64,000 bases of DNA, from assembly GCF_055900595.2 (NCBI RefSeq), contig NZ_CM148325.1; one strand, 5' to 3'. The stretch's first letter is position 1; each line of letters opens with the position of its first letter. This document shows, piece after piece, positions 10,433-17,443 of this stretch. The notes below the pieces were generated by a model. That model saw nothing but the letters and a program-made list of their open reading frames with translations. It was not told where the DNA came from and did no database searches. A program made the position numbers and the translations under genes.

Positions 10433-10621
10433 TCAACCCTTGCAAATGGGTGGCGCGATGATCACTACTACCACTATAACCGCTCCAACTGTTGCAACTA
10501 CTTTAGGCCAAGACATCAAGATTTCCATATCACCTTTAGCTGCGAAACGAACAGAGGTTCCCATCTCTATACTGCCGAGGCCAAACACCGAATATAAAAA
10601 ACCGCAGGTGCATTTCTGCAT
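10433..10621 (-). CDS. Possible small hydrophobic peptide (about 31 aa from the internal start MEILMSWPKVVATVGAVIVVVVIIAPPICKG)
   Basis: Track ORF of 62 aa; internal ATG preceded by AAAGGTGAT; hydrophobic C-terminal segment; starts inside direct repeat B. Confidence 0.2.
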   Translation of the reverse strand: MQKCTCGFLYSVFGLGSIEMGTSVRFAAKGDMEILMSWPKVVATVGAVIVVVVIIAPPICKG

Positions 10622-10720
10622 CTATGACGGGAGAAGATAGTTTGGATTGTGTGGGCTCATAAACTCCCCGTTTGGTGCAGTAGTCACCGTAGTTGTTCAT
10701 ATTCTGATGACATGATAATT
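10596..10720. repeat. Direct repeat B (about 125 bp), partner of 8209..8333
   Basis: AAAAAACCGCAGGTGCATTTCTGCATCTATGACGGGAGAAGATAGTTTGGATTGT..., same orientation as repeat A. Confidence 0.75.
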
Positions 10721-10917
10721 TCCTATTGAATAGAAAAAATTAACACTACTCATTCTTATGACTAGAAAAAGCAATCATGCTAATAATCATTGTTGTTCCA
10801 GTTCCAAATGCAGCGAAATAATCACTAATATTTTTTCTACCGGTTTCGACTTTGATGCTATATTCTGCTAACACCTAACTAACACTACGTTTCACACAGC
10901 AATTACATGGAAATAAC

Positions 10918-11265
10918 ATGACTATCAAAGCGACTGACATAGAGATTCTTCATCGTTATGCTGAAGGGGTAATGGAACGTTCTAACCATCATGCAAAAAA
11001 TGTTGGTGCAGCCGCTCTTACATTGCTAGGAGGTGTTATCTGGAAAGCCCTGCCCGGCTCAATCGAGATAAGAACGTATAACGGAAGTCTTGCAAATATG
11101 GTGTGGTGGCAAAGCGAAAGAACATTAAAAAATTATGCAATCTCATACAACCATAATTCATGTGAAATTGAAATGAGAGATGAATCAGTCAAAGGTGCTG
11201 TATTATTTAGCATTTCCAACGAAACCACTCCAGAAAAAATATTATCACAGCTTTCTGAGCTTTAA
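10918..11265 (+). CDS. Hypothetical protein (115 aa), oriented against the surrounding early operon
   Basis: ORF MTIKATDIEILHRYAEGVMERSNHHAKNVGAAALTLLGGVIWKALPGSIEIRTYNGSLANMVWWQSERTL...; AT-rich; no family recognised. Confidence 0.45.
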   Translation: MTIKATDIEILHRYAEGVMERSNHHAKNVGAAALTLLGGVIWKALPGSIEIRTYNGSLANMVWWQSERTLKNYAISYNHNSCEIEMRDESVKGAVLFSISNETTPEKILSQLSEL

Positions 11266-11270
11266 TTAAA

Positions 11271-11288
11271 GGCGGTGCTAACACCGCC
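11271..11288 (-). terminator. Hairpin terminator between P and the 115-aa gene (tR2-like position)
   Basis: GGCGGTG-CTAA-CACCGCC; on the minus strand followed by TTTAATTAAA. Confidence 0.45.
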
Positions 11289-11469
11289 CATACCATTACT
11301 CCACATCTTACGCAACTTGATAATTATGCTCTATTAAATACCCACAATATTTCATCAATGCATGGGTCAGCTATAAAATGTTTACCGTGGTAATTCCTGT
11401 TTTCGCAACATCTCAAAAGAACAATAAACACTGTATTTCTTCAAGTAACGAAGAATCTTTCTTTGCCCG

Positions 11470-12171
11470 TCATACACTTGCTCCTTTCAGCCCAAACTTA
11501 GCTTTGATTTCTGCGATCTTCGCCAGAGCCTGTGCACGATTTAGAGGTCTACCGCCCATGACAGGAAGTTGTTTTACTGGTTCAGGTATCGCCTCACCAC
11601 GGTTAATTCGCGCGGTCATACAGGTCAGCTCATCGGCAGCTTTACGCCGTAATTCCGCGTCAGTCAGCGCATTGGCCCGCATGTTCTGGTACAGGTTGGT
11701 AACCAACCAGTAGTGCGCGTTTGATTTCCATGGATAAGACTCTGCGTCCGGATACAGGCCACGCTTCCGGCAATACTCGTAAACCATATCAACCAGCTCG
11801 CTAGCGTTTGGCAGCCCGGCGGTAACGGATGCTTCTTCCCGGCACCAGGCAACAAACTGCCCGGGTGATGGCAGGAATGGTCGATTCTGCCGACGGGCTA
11901 CGCGCATTCCAGCGTTAACCTGTTCCATCGTGGTGATCCCATTTTCCCGGAAAGCCAGAACCCACTGGCGGCGGATTTCGTTCAGTTCGTTCTGGTCACG
12001 GTTAGCCAGGCTCGCAGGGAAAGTTGCCAGTAACTGGCTGAACACACCGTTGATGATCTGCGCTACCTGCTGTACCTGCGGCTTTTCGTCGTACTGTTCC
12101 GGCATGTTGTTGGCGATCCGACGCATCTGCTCACGGTCAAAGTTAACCATCTGTGCGGCGATGTTTTTCAT
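11470..12171 (-). CDS. P: Replication protein P (DnaB helicase loader), lambda-like
   Basis: 233-aa ORF MKNIAAQMVNFDREQMRRIANNMPEQYDEKPQVQQVAQIINGVFSQLLATFPASLANRDQNE..., recognised as near-identical to lambda P. Confidence 0.92.
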   Translation of the reverse strand: MKNIAAQMVNFDREQMRRIANNMPEQYDEKPQVQQVAQIINGVFSQLLATFPASLANRDQNELNEIRRQWVLAFRENGITTMEQVNAGMRVARRQNRPFLPSPGQFVAWCREEASVTAGLPNASELVDMVYEYCRKRGLYPDAESYPWKSNAHYWLVTNLYQNMRANALTDAELRRKAADELTCMTARINRGEAIPEPVKQLPVMGGRPLNRAQALAKIAEIKAKFGLKGASV

Positions 12172-13097
12172 AGATCAACCCCGTAAATCCAGTCTGTGTT
12201 TGTCAGGTCGAGTTTTGGTTTGCTGGCTGTCACGCCTGCCTGTTGCTTGTTACGGTTGATTTCGAGCTGGGTCCACTTGTCGCGGAGTTTGGCCGGACTT
12301 AGCACGTTACCGGACCAGAAGTTGTCCTGGCATGCCCAGCGGAACAGCACGCACATGTCGCGGTGGTTACGTCCGTCACGTTCACGCATCAGGCGGATAT
12401 CGTTAGCCCACCCTGCAAAATTCGGTTTTCTGGCTGATGGCGCGATGGTCTTCACCATGTCAAACATCCACTCTGCGGCGGTCAGGTCTTCTGCTGTCCC
12501 CCACTTGCTGCCGCTCTGAATCGCAGCATCCGGTTTCACCACAGGAAGGTCGTTTTCTGGCTGATCAGAGGATTCGCCAGAATTCTCGGACGAATAAGGT
12601 TTTATATTGTCTTTTGTTAGTTTGTCTTTTGTGTTTACCTGATTCGGGTAAACGCCTTTACCTGATTTGGGTAAACTTTTCTTACCTGATTCAGGTAAAT
12701 TTACCTCTTTCAGGTAAACTTTATTTTTCTTACCTGATTCGGGTAATGTTGACCATTCACTGACCACATTATTAATACCGATATTCCGCCCGCTCTGAAT
12801 CAAAATCCCACGCTTTACCAGAACACTTTTTGCAGCAGAACACTTGTGCGGTAATATCTCGGTCAATCCAGACAGTTGCTCGTTGCTCACCCAATCCAGT
12901 TTTTTATTAAAGCCATATGTTTTGCGCATGACAGCCAGGAAGACCAGAAGCTGGTGCTGTGTTAATCCGGCCAGCATCACAGCTTCCAGCAACTCATTTG
13001 CAATGCGCGTATAACCATCATCGAGATCTGCCACGCGCGGCTCCTTTTGTGCCGCATCCGGCACTGGAAAATTGAATATCTCAGCAGTGTTTGCCAT
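12168..13097 (-). CDS. O: Replication initiator O (lambda-like C-terminus, divergent iteron-binding N-terminus)
   Basis: Start taken at MANTAEIFNFP... (SD GGGAGGA upstream) inside track ORF 12168..13187; C-terminus ...WMFDMVKTIAPSARKPNFAGWANDIRLMRERDGRNHRDMCVLFRWACQDNFWSGNVLSPAKLRDKWTQLEINRNKQQAGVTASKPKLDLTNTDWIYGVDL matches lambda O. Confidence 0.85.
   Translation of the reverse strand: MANTAEIFNFPVPDAAQKEPRVADLDDGYTRIANELLEAVMLAGLTQHQLLVFLAVMRKTYGFNKKLDWVSNEQLSGLTEILPHKCSAAKSVLVKRGILIQSGRNIGINNVVSEWSTLPESGKKNKVYLKEVNLPESGKKSLPKSGKGVYPNQVNTKDKLTKDNIKPYSSENSGESSDQPENDLPVVKPDAAIQSGSKWGTAEDLTAAEWMFDMVKTIAPSARKPNFAGWANDIRLMRERDGRNHRDMCVLFRWACQDNFWSGNVLSPAKLRDKWTQLEINRNKQQAGVTASKPKLDLTNTDWIYGVDL
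12635..12746. repeat. Phage replication origin: five iterons (TTACCTGATTCGGGTAAA-like inverted repeats) inside the O gene, next to an AT-rich stretch
   Basis: Copies at about 12635, 12658, 12682, 12701 and 12730, each with TTACC...GGTAA arms; AT-rich run at 12600..12634. Confidence 0.65.
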
Positions 13098-13183
13098 AAT
13101 TCCTCCCGCAATGAGTGTGTTACGATTTGCACCTGAAAGTCGGTTCTGTTCCAGCAGACCGGCTTTCGCCATTTCTGAACCTG

Positions 13184-13723
13184 TCATATCGCCCCCAGCA
13201 TGGTAGTAACCATCGCCATCAATGGACCAGCCAGATCTGGGTCCACACGAAACATCGATACAATACCTTCACTAATTTCCTTCAGTTTCTGGTGGCGTGG
13301 TGCGTTGAGAATGACAGCCTGTTTTGCCTCACTGAGTTCCTTTTCCATTTCAGCCAGCCGAGCTATGAAGCTATCCTGCTCAACCAGGTGGCCGCGATAT
13401 TCCAGCGGTAGTACCGCCAGAATTGCCGGGGTCAGTTCACGCACGTTATTTCGGTATTTTTCAGAATCGAATTTGTTATCGAGGAAGCGGAACAGCTTCT
13501 GGCGTGCACGGCTGACATCATCAGGGAAATCGATGGTGCCGCCGCCCTGCTCCCGATACTCATTCACAATGAGTGCGGCAACGACATCCTGATTATCTAC
13601 AGCCGACCAGGCGCGGACGGCATCACGGATTTTTTCGTGGCCTGGAGCTTGTTTTGTTTGAGAACGATTTATCACCGCAGTCGGGCTAAATCCGCTAGTC
13701 TGTTGGTATGTAAGTGGTTGCAT
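13184..13723 (-). CDS. CII-position regulator, YdaT-like
   Basis: 179-aa ORF with strong SD (AAAGGAG); ...VNEYREQGGGTIDFP...LTPAILAVLPLEYRGHL... resembles Rac YdaT (EEYLRQGGGELPL / LIPAILAILPRELRHRL, from memory). Confidence 0.55.
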   Translation of the reverse strand: MQPLTYQQTSGFSPTAVINRSQTKQAPGHEKIRDAVRAWSAVDNQDVVAALIVNEYREQGGGTIDFPDDVSRARQKLFRFLDNKFDSEKYRNNVRELTPAILAVLPLEYRGHLVEQDSFIARLAEMEKELSEAKQAVILNAPRHQKLKEISEGIVSMFRVDPDLAGPLMAMVTTMLGAI

Positions 13724-13792
13724 AATTGACTCCTTTAGTTTGAATTGACTGTTAAGTTGATTGCTTATTGTTAAAGAGCGTGAAATGGAAAT

Positions 13793-14023
13793 TTAAGCTG
13801 CGTTCTTTTCAGTGTGTGGAAACAACTTCGGAAGATCCGGGCGAATCTGGTATGCCTTCACTACTCCACCAGTAGCCGTAACAATGCTGCCGACATGTTC
13901 AGGGGATACCTTTGCTTTGTTGTGAAGCCACTTATAGACGGCCTGCTGTGAAACTTCGCAGGCAGCGCCTAGTTTCTTTTGTGAACCAACGATATTGATC
14001 GCTGTTTTGATGGCTGGGTTCAT
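13793..14023 (-). CDS. cro: Cro-like HTH repressor (YdaS-type)
   Basis: 76-aa ORF MNPAIKTAINIVGSQKKLGAACEVSQQAVYKWLHNKAKVSPEHV...; divergent from cI. Confidence 0.6.
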   Translation of the reverse strand: MNPAIKTAINIVGSQKKLGAACEVSQQAVYKWLHNKAKVSPEHVGSIVTATGGVVKAYQIRPDLPKLFPHTEKNAA

Positions 14024-14127
14024 AACAACCTCCGTGGTTAATTTGAATCAAGATTAAAACTATGGTTGTTTTTAGTCAACAACCATTTTCGTTTGATGAA
14101 ATAAAACCTTGGTTGTACATTTGGACT
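14024..14127. promoter_or_regulatory. Divergent cro/cI control region (oR-like operators with pR/pRM)
   Basis: Perfect palindrome ATGGTTGTT-tttagtc-AACAACCAT at 14062..14086 plus further TGGTTGT/ACAACA half-sites; cI AUG at 14128 lacks an SD, consistent with a leaderless pRM-type transcript. Confidence 0.5.
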
Positions 14128-14817
14128 ATGAAAACAACACTCTCAGAAAGACTTAAAGAAGCCAGATTAGCGCGAGGCCTTACACAAAAGGCGCTTGGGG
14201 ATTTGGTCGGGGTTAGCCAAGCAGCTATTCAGAAAATCGAAACAGGGAAAGCTAACCAAACAACTAAAATCGTGGAGATCGCGAACGCTTTGGGTGTGCG
14301 CGCAGAATGGTTATCTTCTGGCGTTGGAAATATGTCAGACAGTACAGTGCAACCAATACAAACAACTGTCAGCCATTCCAAATACTTTAAGATTGACGTT
14401 CTTGATATCGAAGTGAGTGCCGGGCCGGGAGTCATCAACCGTGAGTTTGTAGAAGTTCTACGTTCGGTTGAGTATTCGTTTGACGATGCTCGTCACATGT
14501 TCGATGGCAGGAAGGCGGAAAATATCCGTATCATTAACGTACGCGGTGACAGCATGTCAGGAACGATCGAACCAGGTGATCTGCTATTCGTTGATATCAC
14601 TGTTAAATCTTTCGACGGTGATGGTATCTATGCGTTTCTGTACGACGACACAGCCCATGTAAAGCGCCTGCAAATGATGAAGGATAAACTGCTGGTTATC
14701 TCTGATAACAAGAGCTACTCACCGTGGGACCCAATCGAGAAAGACGAGATGAACCGGGTATTCATCTTCGGGAAAGTCATCGGGAGCATGCCGCAGACGT
14801 ATAGGAAGCATGGATAA
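14128..14817 (+). CDS. cI: CI-type prophage repressor (N-terminal HTH, C-terminal LexA-like S24 peptidase)
   Basis: MKTTLSERLKEARLARGLTQKALGDLVGVSQAAIQKIETGK... then ...EVSAGPG...INVRGDSMSGTIEPGDLLFVD...HVKRL... (Ala-Gly cleavage site, Ser/Lys dyad). Confidence 0.85.
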   Translation: MKTTLSERLKEARLARGLTQKALGDLVGVSQAAIQKIETGKANQTTKIVEIANALGVRAEWLSSGVGNMSDSTVQPIQTTVSHSKYFKIDVLDIEVSAGPGVINREFVEVLRSVEYSFDDARHMFDGRKAENIRIINVRGDSMSGTIEPGDLLFVDITVKSFDGDGIYAFLYDDTAHVKRLQMMKDKLLVISDNKSYSPWDPIEKDEMNRVFIFGKVIGSMPQTYRKHG

Positions 14818-14912
14818 TTCGACATAAATTCAACAAGTTAACTTTGGCTTCAAAAAAGCATCGATAACATTGCATTATATTTTTCCTTTTGTCTAACTTA
14901 AAAGGATGAACA

Positions 14913-15638
14913 ATGGAAGAACGTGGGAATTACCTAATAGACCCCCTAGAAGTAATTGGTTCTGGCGGTTTTGGCCTTGTAGAAAAAATAAGGTTATATA
15001 ACTCACAAAGAAAAATTTGTGGTCTATATGCCAGAAAAATTTTACGACCTGATGCAACAGATCCTGAACTCTTTACCAGATTTGAACGAGAAGTAAGATA
15101 TCAAACTGAATGCCTGCATACTAATATTGTCCAAATATTCATATGCCACTTACAGAATGCTCAGCCTTGGTTCGTAATGGAACTAGCAGAAACAAATCTT
15201 GAAGAAGAAATAAAAAGTGGAACTCTTACAAAGGCTGAAAAAATCTCTATTGTAAAAATGGTACTAAATGCCGTCGGATGGATTCATAAGAAAGGATATC
15301 TTCATCGGGATATAAAACCACTAAATGTACTAAAATTTAAAGATGGAATTTATAAGTTATCTGACTTCGGCCTTGCAAAAAATGTGTCACCAGATGCCAA
15401 TACACAGCTATTAACACAAATTGGCCAATACCCCGCTACTCCTAAATACTTTGATTACAACGTTTTCCTCAACGGATATTCAAAACAATCAGATATATAT
15501 TCAATTGGTATTTTAATTGAAGAATTAAATATTGATGGTTTTGATGATATAATAAACAAATGTACGCATAGACAACTTAACAAAAGATTCCTGACCGTAG
15601 AGCAGATCTTTGAGGAATTGGAGTTGAAACGCTTATGA
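14913..15638 (+). CDS. Hanks-type (eukaryotic-like) Ser/Thr protein kinase, compact catalytic domain only
   Basis: 241 aa; glycine-rich loop GSGGFG; catalytic loop HRDIKPLN; DFG motif SDFGLAK; SD AGGA 7 nt upstream; AT-rich. Confidence 0.85.
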   Translation: MEERGNYLIDPLEVIGSGGFGLVEKIRLYNSQRKICGLYARKILRPDATDPELFTRFEREVRYQTECLHTNIVQIFICHLQNAQPWFVMELAETNLEEEIKSGTLTKAEKISIVKMVLNAVGWIHKKGYLHRDIKPLNVLKFKDGIYKLSDFGLAKNVSPDANTQLLTQIGQYPATPKYFDYNVFLNGYSKQSDIYSIGILIEELNIDGFDDIINKCTHRQLNKRFLTVEQIFEELELKRL

Positions 15639-16378
15639 TTAGCATACTCTCATCATCCATATTTTCTGTACCAAAACATAATGGCAGGGAAAATCAAGAT
15701 AGCGTGCTTTATCCACTTCAAACACCAAATGGTTATCTTATGGCTATAGCTGATGGGGTTGGTGGTTATAAAGGAGGAAAAGAAGCATCTGCAGCAGTAA
15801 TAAATCATTTGTATAGTATTAAAGACAGCTTCACTCATGAAGACAATGTCTTATCCTTACTTAAGACCCTACAAGAAAAGGTGGCATCTCTTTCGTCAGT
15901 TGATAAAGAATTAGCATCTGCTGCTACAACTTTAACAATGTGCCTACTTCACAATCAAGGTCTAACAATTATACATGTAGGTGACTGTCGTGTTTATTTA
16001 AAAAATGGAAATAAGCTAATCCAATTAACAACAGATCATACTCAACATCAAATGTTGATAGATAGCGGTATTTATACAGCTCGACAGCTCAAAAATGCAA
16101 AAGGTAAAAATATTATTACAACTGCACTTGCTGCCAAGATCCCCCTTCAACATCAAGTCATAAATATTGATAAAGATGAACTTCCTCTTGACGATGGTGT
16201 TCTATCTCTATTCATCATGTCTGATGGCGCGCATACCTTTTGGGAGCAACGCCCACGATTTTCTTACCGTACATTGTCAACCGCATCAAGGTTTGCCTCC
16301 AGCCTAATGCGAAGAATAGAGACAAAAGGCCCGACTGACGATTATTCTCTTATAGCGGTAAATGTAAAGTATTTGTAA
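15635..16378 (+). CDS. PP2C-family (PPM) Ser/Thr protein phosphatase
   Basis: 247 aa; AIADGVGG and HVGDCRVYL metal-binding motifs, ...FIMSDGAHT...; start ATG overlaps the kinase stop (ATGA). Confidence 0.8.
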   Translation: MISILSSSIFSVPKHNGRENQDSVLYPLQTPNGYLMAIADGVGGYKGGKEASAAVINHLYSIKDSFTHEDNVLSLLKTLQEKVASLSSVDKELASAATTLTMCLLHNQGLTIIHVGDCRVYLKNGNKLIQLTTDHTQHQMLIDSGIYTARQLKNAKGKNIITTALAAKIPLQHQVINIDKDELPLDDGVLSLFIMSDGAHTFWEQRPRFSYRTLSTASRFASSLMRRIETKGPTDDYSLIAVNVKYL

Positions 16379-16382
16379 ACTT

Positions 16383-16410
16383 CCCGGCCACCGTGCCGGG
16401 TTTTCTTTTA
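16383..16410 (+). terminator. Rho-independent terminator ending the cI-kinase-phosphatase operon
   Basis: CCCGGC-CACCGT-GCCGGG followed by TTTTCTTTTAT. Confidence 0.6.
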
Positions 16411-16479
16411 TCCCCTCCCCTCATCACGTATACCGTTCAAAAAACCACCACAATCTCCCTTCAGTTATCGCTATGCGAT

Positions 16480-16620
16480 GCAAGTCACAAAATAAATCCA
16501 TCCTAAATACAACCAGTTACATCTAAAACAACCAATAAAACAACTTTTGTTGTTGACGATAAAACAACTATAGTTTTAAATAAATTCATCGCAACAACAC
16601 AACGATACGGCAACCACCTG
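16480..16620 (+). promoter_or_regulatory. Putative oL/pL region (operator half-sites and a candidate leftward promoter)
   Basis: Several ACAACCA/ACAAC half-sites similar to the oR sites; candidate -35 TTGACG and -10 TAAATA with an 18-bp spacer reading toward gam-bet-exo. Confidence 0.35.
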
Positions 16621-16774
16621 ATTCACCGTTGCGATGACCGCTTAGATCCGCAGCTTGAATTTCAGCAGGCTTCGGGGAGTGCGAGGGATGAAACGGACGC
16701 GTGAACGTCGGTGTGACCAGCTGAAATCAACTCAACATTTCATACCTTAGTCGCTTCAACGAGGCGGCTTAGTT

Positions 16775-17065
16775 ATGACAACCGGCGGCCATCCACCGCC
16801 TGAATACGCGCAGAAGTCTTTATATGTTCAGCAGCCCAGCTTACGGGCAGGAGTTTTTATGGTTCATCAACATTACGGAACGCAGACCGTTAATCGAGGT
16901 GCGGTCATGCCAGGAATGCTGGTCAAACACAAAGATGGTACCTGGACTGCATCAGCTAATTTACGCGGACGGCTTTATCTGCATCGCGGCATCGAGCGCA
17001 CTTATACCCGTGATTTGCTCGTGGAAGTTTTTCTCGACGGACGCGGTAACGGCCTGAATCACTAA
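16775..17065 (+). CDS. Hypothetical small protein between pL and gam (96-aa track ORF; an internal start with SD AGGAG at 16859 gives 68 aa)
   Basis: ...[68 protein letters not shown]; occupies the kil/cIII position; not recognised as N. Confidence 0.35.
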   Translation: MTTGGHPPPEYAQKSLYVQQPSLRAGVFMVHQHYGTQTVNRGAVMPGMLVKHKDGTWTASANLRGRLYLHRGIERTYTRDLLVEVFLDGRGNGLNH

Positions 17066-17141
17066 CCCCCCTTTCCTGTTTTCCTTATCAGCCTGGCATT
17101 TCGCGGGCGATATTTTCACAGCCATTTTCAGGAGTTCAGCC

Positions 17142-17438
17142 ATGAACGCTTATTACATTCAGGATCGTCTTGAGGCTCAGAGCTGGGCGCGTCACTACCA
17201 GCAGATCGCCCGTGAAGAGAAAGAGGCAGAACTGGCAGACGACATGGAAAAAGGCCTGCCCCAGCACCTGTTTGAATCGCTATGCATCGATCATTTGCAA
17301 CGCCACGGGGCCAGCAAAAAAGCCATTACCCGTGCGTTTGATGACGATGTTGAGTTTCAGGAGCGCATGGCAGAACACATCCGTTACATGGTTGAAACCA
17401 TTGCTCACCACCAGGTTGATATTGATTCAGAGGTATAA
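17142..17438 (+). CDS. gam: Gam (RecBCD inhibitor), short form
   Basis: 98-aa [63 protein letters not shown]..., matches lambda GamS; an in-frame TGA at 17055 precludes a long form from an upstream ATG. Confidence 0.9.
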   Translation: MNAYYIQDRLEAQSWARHYQQIAREEKEAELADDMEKGLPQHLFESLCIDHLQRHGASKKAITRAFDDDVEFQERMAEHIRYMVETIAHHQVDIDSEV

Positions 17439-17443
17439 AACGG

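Noticed and set aside
10440-10640. Plus-strand 66-aa ORF overlapping the candidate hydrophobic peptide
   Set aside because: It overlaps direct repeat B and the opposite-strand ORF, has no RBS, and its translation is a low-complexity Thr/Pro-rich product; it is more likely non-coding.
16655-16720. Short ORF starting MKRTRERR..., arginine-rich like the RNA-binding motif of lambda N
   Set aside because: It terminates after about 20 codons, has no convincing RBS, and no boxA/boxB-like nut hairpin is nearby; not a credible N gene.
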